NCBI GenBank assembly: GCA_963817895.1
Contig: CAWFQB010000001.1
Span: forward strand, 800,001-864,000
DNA: 64,000 nucleotides
Reading direction: 5' to 3'
Source of the DNA: an uncultured Chthonomonadaceae bacterium
GTDB taxonomy: Bacteria > Armatimonadota > Chthonomonadetes > Chthonomonadales > Chthonomonadaceae
The notes under the pieces were generated by a model, which searched no databases, was not told the origin of the DNA, and saw only the letters and a program-made list of their open reading frames with translations. A program made the translations under genes and the position numbers. Below, piece by piece: positions 44,039 to 54,207 of this stretch; within the stretch, counting starts at the first letter, position 1, and each line of letters starts with the position of its first letter.

Positions 44039-44342
44039 AGTCTACCCGCCTGATCTACCGGACCAAACCTATCAAAATTTACTATCCGCGCTTGAACAGG
44101 AATTCACCTACACCTTCCGTGGCTGTACCGTCCTTCGTGGCCTGAGCGGTAACTACCTTGCACACTCTGGTTGGCCGATACAAGATCAAATCAATTTGCT
44201 TTATACGGATACGTTTTTCACTGTCGAAGACAATTTTGCGCTTCTATCGGAGTACACCGACCGTTTGCGAGTGGCCGCTTTAAAAGCGTTGAAAGAGGAA
44301 GCAATTCTCATTGTTGTGATCAAGGTTTACCACTCCGAGTGA
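44010..44342 (+). CDS. Hypothetical protein (110 aa) overlapping the upstream gene
   Basis: GAGGAG RBS then TTG at 44010; PLSEKARVEVY...EEAILIVV. Confidence 0.55.
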   Translation: MPLSEKARVEVYPPDLPDQTYQNLLSALEQEFTYTFRGCTVLRGLSGNYLAHSGWPIQDQINLLYTDTFFTVEDNFALLSEYTDRLRVAALKALKEEAILIVVIKVYHSE

Positions 44343-44411
44343 TGAGTTTCATTAGAACAAACAATATTCTGTGATTTTGCAGCCATGCGCGAAAGCGTGT
44401 AAGGAGCAGTT

Positions 44412-44591
44412 ATGCGGAGAGGGCTTCTGATCTGGTCAGGTACTTCTCTTGCTTACTTGTCGTGGCAATATGTCCTTGCCTACTTTTTCGGCTGGAAACA
44501 TCACAGTCCCTACTTTATAGATCAAGCGTTCATGGCTTCCCTGTTTGGCTGTTTTGTGACTCTGCTCTTTTTAGCGAATACGAAGAAATAG
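44412..44591 (+). CDS. 59-aa two-helix membrane protein (below the ORF-track cutoff)
   Basis: AAGGAG RBS; MRRGLLIWSGTSLAYLSWQYVLAYFFGW...AFMASLFGCFVTLLFLANTKK*. Confidence 0.5.
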   Translation: MRRGLLIWSGTSLAYLSWQYVLAYFFGWKHHSPYFIDQAFMASLFGCFVTLLFLANTKK

Positions 44592-44600
44592 GATGGCGCA

Positions 44601-47600
44601 ATGCCGCAAGATACGCCTGTTGACCACGCGAGGATGTCACTGGAACCGCCGCCCGCCTTTTTTGTGGCGGGGGGAACGCTGTCGCGAGACGCGGCCTGCT
44701 ATGTCGTTCGTAAAGCGGACGAAGAATTGCTCAACGGGCTGCGGCAGGGGCAGTTCTGCTATGTGCTGACCAGCCGGCAGATGGGCAAGTCCAGCCTGAT
44801 GGTGCGCGCGGCCACGCAACTGCGGCAGGAGGGCGTCGCGGTTGCCGTGCTGGATTTAACGGCGATTGGGCAGAACCTTACGCCCGAACAGTGGTACGAC
44901 GGCCTGCTCAACCGCGTCGGCAGGCAGCTCAACCTCGAAGACGAACTCGACGACTTCTGGACGGACAATGAGCGCGTCGGCCCCTTGCAGCGATTCCTGC
45001 GCGCGCTGCTGGAAGTGGTCCTCAAACAAACGCCGGGGCGCGTTGTCCTCTTTATTGACGAGATTGACGCCGTGCGTTCGCTGCCGTTCTCTACCGATGA
45101 GTTCTTTGCGGGCATCCGCGAATGTTACAACGGGCGCGGGGAAGAACCCGACCTGCGCCGCCTCACCTTCGCCCTGTTCGGCGTCGCTTCCCCCTCTGAT
45201 TTGATTCGCGATGTCCGCGTCACACCCTTCAACATCGGCGCGCGCATCGAACTGCGCGACTTTACGCCCGAAGAGGCCGCGCCCCTTGCCACCGGACTTG
45301 CAGCAAGAATATCTAACCACGGGGAACACGGAGGACACGGAGGGAGAAACGAGGGAAAAGAGCAGAGCGAGATTATGGATGACGATGCCGCTGCCGTCGT
45401 CAACGCCCACCTGATACCGGCTGCGTCGCCAGCCACCAACCACCAGTCACCAACCACCAACCACCTCCTTAACCGTATCCTGTACTGGACCAACGGGCAT
45501 CCCTATCTCACGCAAAGGCTGTGTCAGGCGCTGGCGGAGCAGGCGGGTTCCGCGTCGCAGGCCGGATCGGGACAAGCCGCGCTGTCGGCGCAAAAGGTAG
45601 ATGCGTTGTGCGAGGAGATGTTTTTGTCCCCCCGCGCCCGCGAGCGCGACGATAATCTGCTGTTCGTGCGGGAGCGCCTGCTGCGCAGTGACGTGGATAT
45701 TGCCGGCCTGCTCGATCTGTACGCGCATATCCGCGCCGGCCAGCGCATTCCGGATGAAGAGACCAATCGCTTTGTGGACGTGCTGCGGCTGTCCGGCATT
45801 GTACGCGCGGAACATGGCAGATTGCAGGTGCGCAACCGCATCTACGCGCATGTATTCGACCGCGCCTGGGTGCTTGCCAACATGCCGGACGCGGAAATGC
45901 GCCGCCAGCGGATCGCCTACCGCAAAGGATTGCTGCGCGCCCTTGCCCTGTCGTCCGTCGTGCTGCTGGTGATGACCGTTCTCACCGCGTATGCCGTGAC
46001 AAGCGCGAATACGGCCCACGCCCGCGAGATAGACGCCCAAAAAGCCGAAGCCCGCGCCAGCAAGGCCAGCGTGGAGGCCCGCAAGGCTGCTGTCAGTGAA
46101 CGCGCCGCCAGAGAGCAGGCGCAAAACGCCGCTATCGCCGCCGGCAACGCCAGCATAAAGGCGCAAAAATCCGCCGACAGCGAACGCGCCGCCAAAAACG
46201 AGGCCGTTCTCGCCCGCAACAAGCAAGAGGTGATTGCGCGAAAATACGCGATGGCCCTGAAAGACAAAGCGGCTTATGCCAGAGGCCAGGAGCAGGCCGC
46301 AGGGCAGGCGCGACAGCAAAAGCAAATCGCCATGAACTTCGGCATGAAGGCCAAACATAACGAGACGCAGGAGCGCCTGCAAAAAGAGCGCGTGGAGCGC
46401 CTGCTGTACCCCGACTCCATCAGCCATGCGCAAAAGGCTCTTTCGCAGCTCAACGTTGCCGAAGCGCAGGGCTTTCTGGAACGGTACGCCCATCCTGCTG
46501 ATGCCAGACACGACCTGCGCGGATTCGAGTGGCGCTATCTCAAGCGGCAGAGTATCGGCGACAGCCAGCGCACCCTGCAAGGGCATCAGGACAGCGTTTA
46601 CAGTATCGCCGTTTCCCCGGACGGGCAGATGCTCGCCAGTTCCGGCAATGACCGCATCGTTCAAGTGCGCAATCTTCAGACCGGGCAAATGCTTCCCGCG
46701 CCCCAGGTATTTCGCGGCACGGTTCCTGTTCTCGCGTTTTCGCCGGACAAACGCGCGCTGGCCGTAACCACCAGTGACAAGACGTATTTATGGGATGTGG
46801 CAACGGCAAGTCTGCGCGACACGCTGCTGTCAGTGACGCCGCAGGGCAAATCGCTGGCGATGTCCGCTCTGGCCTTTTCCCCGGACGGCAAATGGCTGGC
46901 GCTGGGAAGTTACAGCGGCAGCATTGATTTATGGGACATGACTACGCGGCAAAAAACGCGGCATCTACTGCACCATCCGAATGGGGATGAATGGAAGAAT
47001 ACGTATCAGATAGACTGCCTGGCCTTTTCCCCGGACGGCAAATGGCTGACAAGCTGCCTGTGGGATCATCACGGCCTGCAAAATTCCACCAAACTCTGGG
47101 ACGTGGCGACCGGGCGCGAAATGGCGACATTGGGCGGAACCGAGGCGGATCATCGCCACTGGAGCCGGGTTTACAGCCTTGCCTTTTCGCGGGACAGCCA
47201 GTTTCTCGCGACCGGCGGGCAGGATCACATCGCGCGAATATGGAACGTACAAAACATTTCCAGGCCTGTTGTCTCTCAAGAACTCGCTTCTCATGCCAAC
47301 GAAGTTACCGGCGTTGCCTACTCCCTGGACGGCAAGTGGCTGGCGACCGGCAGCAGCGATGGCGGCATCAAGCTCTGGGACGTGGGGGACAAAGCCACGC
47401 GGGGCAAGCCACGCGAAGTGACGACACTGCGCGGACACGTCAAAGCCGTTACCAGCGTGGCGTTCACGCCCGACAGCCGCAGCCTGGTCAGCGGCAGCCT
47501 GGACAAAACCCTCAAAATATGGGAACTGGCCCCGGCTCTTCCCCGCATCCTTGCCGCGCATCAGAGTCCCGTAGATACCTTGGTCTACTCCCGCGACGGC

Positions 47601-48584
47601 AAATGGCTGGCGACCGGCTGCACCTATCAGGGAGATGTCGTCCGCATCTGGGACGCCACAACCCTGCAGTTGCAAGCGAAAACCGATCCCCATCAAAACG
47701 GCGCGTGCGCCGCCTTTGCCCCGGATGGCAACACCCTTGTCGTGGCCGGGCAGGACAAAACGCTGACCCTTTGCGACACGCGGACCGGCAAGACCATCGC
47801 CGAATTCAAGGGGTTTCTGGAGCCGTTCAACGCCGTCGTCTTTTCGCCGGACGGCAAGACCATCGCAACCGGAGGGCAGAGGGGAACTTTCGCGCAGGGA
47901 GGCGACCATAACCCCTGGAACGGTTATCATCCGCGCCTGTGGGATGTGGCGACGCGGAGCGAAATACCGGAATTCGCGCAACATCAGGGGCATTACGGCT
48001 GGGTGCTGTGCCTCGCGTTTTCGCCGGACAGCAAAATTCTGGTATCAGGCGGCGGCGGCGGCGAACTGCGCTGGTGGGACGTGGCCGCGCGTAAAGAACT
48101 GGGCAGCCCGCCGCGCCAGAACAATGGCGTGACCGTTACGGCAGAGTTCGCGCATCAAAAAGACCTCTACGCTCTGGCCTTTTCCCCGGACGGCAAATGG
48201 CTGGCAACCGGCAGCGAGGACAACACCGCGCGCCTGTGGAACGTCCATACGCGCAAACCGGCTTATACGCTGCTGGGACACGGGGATATTGTATACGCCG
48301 CCTCGTTCTCGCCCGACGGCAAAACCCTCGCGACGGGAAGCCGTGATGGGCTTGTCAAATTGTGGTCGCTGGCAACCCTGCGCGACAATCAGGTGCTCGA
48401 AACCCTGACTCTGGCCTCGCATCAGGAGAGCATCCGCTCCCTGCAATTTTCGCCGGATGGCAATACGCTGACTGCCGGGTATCTTGGCGGCAATGTTCGT
48501 TTCTGGCGGGCGGACGCTCTTGCCCCCGCGCGGCCCGCGCCGGACAAGCGTAAACAGTTCGCTTCACGGCTGGCGCAGCCGTGA
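44601..48584 (+). CDS. AAA_35-like P-loop NTPase, TM helix, coiled coil and WD40 repeats
   Basis: [36 protein letters not shown]; hydrophobic segment; many AFSPDG...LATGS.D...LWD repeats. Confidence 0.9.
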   Translation: MPQDTPVDHARMSLEPPPAFFVAGGTLSRDAACYVVRKADEELLNGLRQGQFCYVLTSRQMGKSSLMVRAATQLRQEGVAVAVLDLTAIGQNLTPEQWYDGLLNRVGRQLNLEDELDDFWTDNERVGPLQRFLRALLEVVLKQTPGRVVLFIDEIDAVRSLPFSTDEFFAGIRECYNGRGEEPDLRRLTFALFGVASPSDLIRDVRVTPFNIGARIELRDFTPEEAAPLATGLAARISNHGEHGGHGGRNEGKEQSEIMDDDAAAVVNAHLIPAASPATNHQSPTTNHLLNRILYWTNGHPYLTQRLCQALAEQAGSASQAGSGQAALSAQKVDALCEEMFLSPRARERDDNLLFVRERLLRSDVDIAGLLDLYAHIRAGQRIPDEETNRFVDVLRLSGIVRAEHGRLQVRNRIYAHVFDRAWVLANMPDAEMRRQRIAYRKGLLRALALSSVVLLVMTVLTAYAVTSANTAHAREIDAQKAEARASKASVEARKAAVSERAAREQAQNAAIAAGNASIKAQKSADSERAAKNEAVLARNKQEVIARKYAMALKDKAAYARGQEQAAGQARQQKQIAMNFGMKAKHNETQERLQKERVERLLYPDSISHAQKALSQLNVAEAQGFLERYAHPADARHDLRGFEWRYLKRQSIGDSQRTLQGHQDSVYSIAVSPDGQMLASSGNDRIVQVRNLQTGQMLPAPQVFRGTVPVLAFSPDKRALAVTTSDKTYLWDVATASLRDTLLSVTPQGKSLAMSALAFSPDGKWLALGSYSGSIDLWDMTTRQKTRHLLHHPNGDEWKNTYQIDCLAFSPDGKWLTSCLWDHHGLQNSTKLWDVATGREMATLGGTEADHRHWSRVYSLAFSRDSQFLATGGQDHIARIWNVQNISRPVVSQELASHANEVTGVAYSLDGKWLATGSSDGGIKLWDVGDKATRGKPREVTTLRGHVKAVTSVAFTPDSRSLVSGSLDKTLKIWELAPALPRILAAHQSPVDTLVYSRDGKWLATGCTYQGDVVRIWDATTLQLQAKTDPHQNGACAAFAPDGNTLVVAGQDKTLTLCDTRTGKTIAEFKGFLEPFNAVVFSPDGKTIATGGQRGTFAQGGDHNPWNGYHPRLWDVATRSEIPEFAQHQGHYGWVLCLAFSPDSKILVSGGGGGELRWWDVAARKELGSPPRQNNGVTVTAEFAHQKDLYALAFSPDGKWLATGSEDNTARLWNVHTRKPAYTLLGHGDIVYAASFSPDGKTLATGSRDGLVKLWSLATLRDNQVLETLTLASHQESIRSLQFSPDGNTLTAGYLGGNVRFWRADALAPARPAPDKRKQFASRLAQP

Positions 48585-48620
48585 AGCAGCGCGTCCGCCC
48601 TATCAACTCTCAACTATCAA

Positions 48621-48848
48621 CTAATTTCCCAAATCCCTGCGCCCGCCCGCGCCCGTGCTGGGGTTGGAAACCACGCGCCCGTTGCCATCGGTTTTGGCTC
48701 CCGTGATGAACCCGTCTTTGGTTCCCTGATTACCCACAACGGCATCGGCGGTGTGCGGGGGATTGCAGCCGGAAAGCAGCGCGCCCCCGCACAGCAGGGC
48801 CACGCAGCAGAACCCCGACACAGCGCGGCGTTTGATGAATGAAAACAT
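48621..48848 (-). CDS. Small lipoprotein
   Basis: MFSFIKRR, hydrophobic stretch, lipobox LSG|C; RBS AGGAG. Confidence 0.6.
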   Translation of the reverse strand: MFSFIKRRAVSGFCCVALLCGGALLSGCNPPHTADAVVGNQGTKDGFITGAKTDGNGRVVSNPSTGAGGRRDLGN

Positions 48849-48937
48849 GATGACCTCTCCTGAAGAAACGGTAAAACGATGAAACTCCCCTACAGCATAC
48901 CTGATTTGGCAATATCGGCGCGGCGGCAGGCGCGATA

Positions 48938-50002
48938 TTAACTGCCGCTTGCTTTCGGCGCGGCGCGACTGGAATCGCGCGCGGCCTGCGGATCGCTGCC
49001 GGAAATATGTCCGCCCTGAGAAATGGCCCAGCGCAGGGCAAAGCCGCCGGCCAATCCCGCAACTGCGCCCGCGATGCGCAACGCCCGCCGCGTTTTGGGG
49101 TTTTTCACCGGGATCGCGCCGAGCAGCGCGGAACCGGCCAGCCCCGCGCCCACTGCCCCACCCCAAAAGTGCGGCGCGTACTTACCTTTTGTAATCGGCG
49201 CGGCGAATTTGCCTGCTTCACTGAGATACCCGGCGAGGGCAACGGCTTCCGTTATTTTGGCGACGGTATCCATCTGCTTGAGCGGGCGATGCGAGGGCGC
49301 GGACTCAGCGTTTGCAGAGCGGGCTTGCAGCGCGAGTTCCAGCGCGGACGCTCCCGTACTGATCGCCGACGCGCTGAACAACGGACCGAGCCAGCGATTA
49401 CGCGCCCACAGGGGAGTCGCGGACGTACTCAGCAGAACGCCCGTATACCCCGCCAGCAACAGCGCCAGCGGCATCCCCGCCCCGTCCAGAGCGGCGTCTA
49501 CAAAGGATGAAGGATGAAGGATGAAGGATGAAGCCTCTCCCTCTCGTATCTCGTATCTCGTATCTCGTATCTTCTCTTCTCCTCTTCTCCTTTTCTCCTT
49601 TTCTCCCCCTCTTTGCCCTTTCCGCCACTCTTTCAGCGCGGTAAGCGTGAGGACGGCTCCGTAGCCGGTCAGGGTCCAGGTTCCCAGGTTCATGGGAGAG
49701 CGGGGTTTGAACACGCGCAGCATGTAGTGGAAGCGGGTCATGTCGCCCAAATCTCGAATCAGAAGCGGGGCGCACGGAACGAAGGCGGTGGCGGCAATGG
49801 CGGTTCCCGCCTGCGTGATGTCCTGATAGCGTTTGCCGCCGAAACGAGCCGCAGTTCGCGCCAGCAGGTATGCGCCCGCCGACAGCCCGCCCAGAAAGAA
49901 ATAGGTTGCAATCTCCCACTTCCAGACGGGCGGCTTGAGCATCGGCACATCGTAGTAACTTTTGGGTGTTTCGGATTCCGGTTTGCGGCGAGCAGGGGGC
50001 AT
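48938..50002 (-). CDS. nrfD: NrfD/PsrC-family membrane anchor subunit
   Basis: YY..P.LK.PVWKWEI..YFFLGG, DLG...RF..MLRVFKP.SPM..G.W, YTGVLL..SA.P.W. Confidence 0.8.
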   Translation of the reverse strand: MPPARRKPESETPKSYYDVPMLKPPVWKWEIATYFFLGGLSAGAYLLARTAARFGGKRYQDITQAGTAIAATAFVPCAPLLIRDLGDMTRFHYMLRVFKPRSPMNLGTWTLTGYGAVLTLTALKEWRKGQRGGEKEKRRRGEEKIRDTRYEIREGEASSFILHPSSFVDAALDGAGMPLALLLAGYTGVLLSTSATPLWARNRWLGPLFSASAISTGASALELALQARSANAESAPSHRPLKQMDTVAKITEAVALAGYLSEAGKFAAPITKGKYAPHFWGGAVGAGLAGSALLGAIPVKNPKTRRALRIAGAVAGLAGGFALRWAISQGGHISGSDPQAARDSSRAAPKASGS

Positions 50003-50072
50003 AGCAGGCGTACTCCTTCCCTTCCTTTTACGCTCTTGTCGCCGTGATGTTTCCACAGTATTTCAGCAATGT

Positions 50073-51565
50073 CTAGGCCGCTTTCTGCAAATGTTTCATG
50101 CAGCGGTTGGCCCAACTTGCCTGACTTTCAAAAGGGAGGTCTGATCCGCTTGCCATTCTCGCTTCGAGAGCTTCCGCTGTCAGGGGCCGGTCGAAATAGT
50201 AGCCCTGCCCGATCTGGCAGCCCAACCCTTGCAAATGCGCGAGCTGCTCCTTTGTTTCGATGCCTTCGCCGGTGATGTTGAGGTTCAGCGCTTTCGACCG
50301 CGTTTTCCACAATGGCGCGATAGCGCTCTTCGGCCTGCGCCGCCCGCTCTTTCTCCTGCCGCGCCTGTTTCCACTCGCGGTGCAGGCGCGACGCGACCAG
50401 ATTAAAAGAACGCGCTACCTGCGCCAGTTCGTCGCGGCTTTCCAGAACCAGAAGGGCGCTGTGGCTCATATCGCCGCTGCTCATCTGCCGGGAAGCGGCT
50501 TCCAGAGTGGATACCGTCCGCATCACGGTCAGATAAAAGGCCGTATACAGATAGGCGACGAGCAGTAACATTCCCGTCGTGAAAACTTCGGCGCGGGTTT
50601 TGCGTTGCGCGAAAACTTCGGCGCGCCGCGTAAGCAAAATGTCCAGCGCGTCGGCTGCCGGGTTCCATAAATGGAGGTTTGCGAACCGGGCGCGTCGGCA
50701 GGACTGAACCATCAGAACCGCATCGTGCGGCGTAAAAATTCTGGAACTGCCGCAATCGGCCAGAATTCGGGCAAGCGCTTTGTGCGTCGTGGCGACCTGC
50801 GCGTACAAATCCAGCAGGCGCGGCTTGAGAATACCCGAAGGGTTGTTGCGGAAAGCAACATCCCCATCATGCGCGACGGCATCAATGCTCTGCTGTAGTT
50901 GCCCCGCCAGCACCAAAAAGCGCGCCTGTTGCGCGCTTGTCAGCGGCTGTCCCAAAGCGTTTTGTTCGCTCAAATTCTGCGTTTGCAGTATCAGGTCGGC
51001 GCAGGTGGGCAGGTCTACCACAAGGGCGTTCATTGTGTAGTAGCTGTCAAGATCGGGGTCTAAAATCAGCGTGGACGTATTGCCCACATGCGACATAAGC
51101 GCGACTGCTTCACCGCGCAGTTTGTCATGCAGGGCGCGAGATTGCGCGGAATTGCCAACCATTTCGCTTTGCGTACACGCTCGCCAGTCATCGCGAAGGG
51201 CGCGGCAGGCGCGAACGGTTTCCAGTTCCGCGCCATGCGCCCGCTCCTGCGCGTCAAGCGCCTGCAAATCGCTGCCGATTTCGCGTTTCCAGTTTCCCGT
51301 CTGATTTCGACATCCCGGCAGCGTCCGAGCGCAACTGTGGCGCGGGGATATGCGTCGCCAACGGTTCCAGCAAACGCCGCAGGGGACGCAAATACGCGGT
51401 TCCCGTCTGTTCGCGGGTGGCAAGCAGGATGCCGGCGTCCACTTCATGCAGAAATTGCTGCATGACATACATTAGCGGCAGAGCGAATAGCAGGCTGATA
51501 AGCCCGAACTTTTGCGGATATTTCAAGCGATTAAGCAGCATCGCCGCAGGCCGAAAAATAAGCAT
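50073..51565 (-). pseudogene. Membrane sensor-HAMP protein joined out of frame to the C-terminal end of an EAL domain (internal deletion)
   Basis: MCP-like N-terminus LNRLKYPQKF, TM, HAMP SRDELAQVARSFN, PAS start RYRAIVENAVE, then KALNLNITGEGIET...QGYYFDRP. Confidence 0.7.
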
Positions 51566-51753
51566 GGTGGTGTCCCCGTCACGAGCATCGGTCAAGCCAT
51601 GTAAGGGTATGCCTGCGGCGCTGCAAACAACCTCTTTTCGCACGCGTACTGAAAACGCACGCTTCCAAACGACTTTATCATTGGCAGGGAAACAATCTTT
51701 CAAGAGGGAAACGGGAAACGGCGAGACATCAAGCAGGTCAACAGCAATTCTGT

Positions 51754-52911
51754 TTACGCGCCTTCGATGATTTCGACGTTGGCGCGGGGAACGGTGACGT
51801 GGCTGCCATCCGCGAGTTGGGCGTGGAGGACGCGCACGAGGGTTTCGGATTCCACCTGAACCAGTTCGGAGGGCAGGGCAGTGACAGTGGCGAGCAGGCC
51901 AAAGTAGGGTTCGCGGATGATGCGAATGGACGTGCCGACGCTCAACTGCCCGGATGTGTCGTTTTCATTTGTGGAGGCGGAGGAGGGCGGGGGAACATCG
52001 AGAGGAACAATCACTTCGGGACGGATGACGCCCGCCCGTATTTGAGTCGCGCCGTTGATGGACGCGGTTTTGCCTTCGAGGGATTGGAACAGGGCGAAGG
52101 TGCGGGCGGCCATTTCAATCGCGCCGAAACCCTCCGTCACCATCAGGGTAAACGCGATGGGTTCCTGCCCCGTAATGGCGACGCCGATGTCGTAACCGGG
52201 CTGATTGAGCGCGAGGGCAAGGTAATCCATGAGTTCGCGGTCAATGATGCCGCCGCCCACAAGCCCGACCACGCCCAGTTCCGCCGCCCGCGCCAACGCG
52301 CTGCCCGTAATCTGCGCCCCGGCGACAACGATTTTGCCCCGATGCGCCGAAGTAAGCAGTTCCGGCGTCAGCGGCTGCTGCGGGTCGGAACTTGCCATGG
52401 CGATCTCGCCCAGACGTTCGCCGCCCACGCCGAAGATGCCCTGTACCAGCGCGCCATACGTGGAAACAACCACGCCCTCTTCCGGCAGAACCCGGCTGAC
52501 GGTTCCCCGGATGTAGGCTGTTCGCTCCACAGGCTCCGGCGCTTCACGGATGCCGACGTGTCCGGTTGTGGACGAAATCAGTTCGATATGCCCCGTGACC
52601 GGCGACACAAACCGCGTCCGAAAGTATTTGCCGAACACGCCCTTTGTTTCGGCCAGCACATCCCCGGTGGTTACGGCGTCCCCGATTTTCACCTGGAGCA
52701 GTCCCGGCACATCGGCGGCGTCAATGCCCAGTTTTTCGGCAATCCGCGCGGTCTGCATCAGTCCCGGCAGGAATGTGCGGGCCACAACCGTATCCGGCTG
52801 CACCGCATCCCCCTCTGCCACCAGCACCACGCCCTTCAGCGGCAATCGGCGCGCTTTCTCAACCGTTGTGCGGGCGCTCACTTTCAGCCCCGGCGTGTAC
52901 GCGCTTCCCAA
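51754..52911 (-). CDS. Conserved hypothetical protein with barrel-sandwich-hybrid motifs and C-terminal KOW-like region; GlmL-associated
   Basis: AYTPGL, V..GD.V motifs, SPVTG, QGIFGVGGE, TEGFG, TQIRAGVIRPE, IRIIREPYFG, VPRANVE. Confidence 0.75.
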   Translation of the reverse strand: MGSAYTPGLKVSARTTVEKARRLPLKGVVLVAEGDAVQPDTVVARTFLPGLMQTARIAEKLGIDAADVPGLLQVKIGDAVTTGDVLAETKGVFGKYFRTRFVSPVTGHIELISSTTGHVGIREAPEPVERTAYIRGTVSRVLPEEGVVVSTYGALVQGIFGVGGERLGEIAMASSDPQQPLTPELLTSAHRGKIVVAGAQITGSALARAAELGVVGLVGGGIIDRELMDYLALALNQPGYDIGVAITGQEPIAFTLMVTEGFGAIEMAARTFALFQSLEGKTASINGATQIRAGVIRPEVIVPLDVPPPSSASTNENDTSGQLSVGTSIRIIREPYFGLLATVTALPSELVQVESETLVRVLHAQLADGSHVTVPRANVEIIEGA

Positions 52912-52929
52912 GAAGTCTCCTTCGGAGAA

Positions 52930-53015
52930 GGTTGTTAGTTGTTAGGTTGTTAGTTGTTAGGTTATTAGGAAGTTGATACGCTTAACAACCTAACAACCTG
53001 ACAACTAACAACCCA
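52930..53015. repeat. Inverted pair of GTTGTTA / TAACAAC heptamer arrays
   Basis: gttgttagttgttaggttgttagttgttagg ... taacaacctaacaacctgacaactaacaacc. Confidence 0.88.
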
Positions 53016-53020
53016 ACCGC

Positions 53021-53674
53021 CTACTTCTCCACATCTTTCCTCGTAATGCGTTCGGTGTTGCCATTCGCGTACAAAATTACCGTCGTGGCTTTGTTGGGGT
53101 CGTCGGCGTTGTGCGGGAACTTGAGCAGTTTGGAAAGCGCTTCTTCGCCTTCGGGCGTGTTGCGGGGCAGGATTCGCGCATGTGCGTTGCGGCCCTCCCC
53201 CGGCGCTTCCATCAGCAGAATCAGATGGCTCAGATCGTAGTTTTTGCCTTTCTGGTCGGGGTTGGCGGGATCAAGGCTCAGGTTGTCGGCAAGGTCGTTG
53301 TAAATATAATGGAGGGGGTGGCCGTACTCGTCCTCGCCATGCAGATAGGATAATCTGCCGCCGGCGGTATCGGGCGGGGCGGACAGATACCCCGCCACCT
53401 GATCCGTCCATTCCGCGGCGGTGGGCAGATGCTCGTCGTGATCCATCGCGTACCCGTGCATCGCCTGATGCAGCGTGTGCAGGTTCGCGTCCGCAATCGT
53501 GAGGTCGCGGGTGATTTTGAACTGAATGAACAGGGAATACATGCCGACGAACAGGCCGAGAACAATGACCACAATCACGGCCAGCGACATCATGCTGAGA
53601 TGCCGCTGTCCTAATCGCAGCGTGGCCTTGCGTTCCGGGCGCGGCAGGGGAGGGGTTTCGGTAATGTTGTTCAT
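53021..53674 (-). CDS. Membrane-anchored DUF1559/pilin-like protein without a prepilin cleavage motif
   Basis: TM then ANLHTLHQAMHGYAMDHDEHLP; C-terminal H...ILYANG resembles a degenerate H-X9-DG motif. Confidence 0.55.
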   Translation of the reverse strand: MNNITETPPLPRPERKATLRLGQRHLSMMSLAVIVVIVLGLFVGMYSLFIQFKITRDLTIADANLHTLHQAMHGYAMDHDEHLPTAAEWTDQVAGYLSAPPDTAGGRLSYLHGEDEYGHPLHYIYNDLADNLSLDPANPDQKGKNYDLSHLILLMEAPGEGRNAHARILPRNTPEGEEALSKLLKFPHNADDPNKATTVILYANGNTERITRKDVEK

Positions 53675-54129
53675 AATGTTTTCTGCAAGAAATACCGTTT
53701 ATGATCGTCAGGGAATCGGTCGAGCGTACCGAAAACGGCGTAGCCCAGTTTCTGATAAAAGGGCAGAGCCTGAAAATCGAACGTATCCAGATGGGCGTGG
53801 TGGCAGCCGCGCCGCAACGCCTCCTCTTCGGCCATCGCCATCAGGCGCGTGCCCCATCCCTGATTACGCGCTTTTTCGTGAATGGCAAGCACGTCCACAT
53901 ACAGCCAGCCCCAGTAGGTTTCGCCCCACAACCCGCCTACAACCTGCCCGCCCGCGTCGCGCAGCACGACGGCGAGATGCAGGTGGTCGTCCTCGCCGAT
54001 CTGTTCCCGGTTGTAGCGATTGAGAAGTTGTTTCACCGAGTGGACGGACTGAGGCGCGGGCCACTCCTCCACCTGAAAGGTGAAGGGTTCCACAAGCGCG
54101 GTCTGCCGTTTGGCCTCCGAGGTTTCCAA
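53671..54129 (-). CDS. GNAT acetyltransferase
   Basis: WLYVDVLAI, RNQGWG, LDTFDFQA..FYQKLGY. Confidence 0.9.
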   Translation of the reverse strand: METSEAKRQTALVEPFTFQVEEWPAPQSVHSVKQLLNRYNREQIGEDDHLHLAVVLRDAGGQVVGGLWGETYWGWLYVDVLAIHEKARNQGWGTRLMAMAEEEALRRGCHHAHLDTFDFQALPFYQKLGYAVFGTLDRFPDDHKRYFLQKTL

Positions 54130-54154
54130 TGCGATTTTCTCCTGTCAAGAAACC

Positions 54155-54199
54155 GGTGTTCGGTGTTCAGGTGTTCAGGTATTCAGGTATTCGGTGTTC
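54155..54199. repeat. GGTGTTC(A) tandem array, single arm
   Basis: ggtgttcggtgttcaggtgttcaggtattcaggtattcggtgttc. Confidence 0.8.
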
Positions 54200-54207
54200 T
54201 GGCATGT

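Noticed and set aside
723..54199. Short repeat arrays as CRISPR
   Set aside because: The units are 7-8-bp tandem repeats without regular unique spacers, and no cas genes are present.
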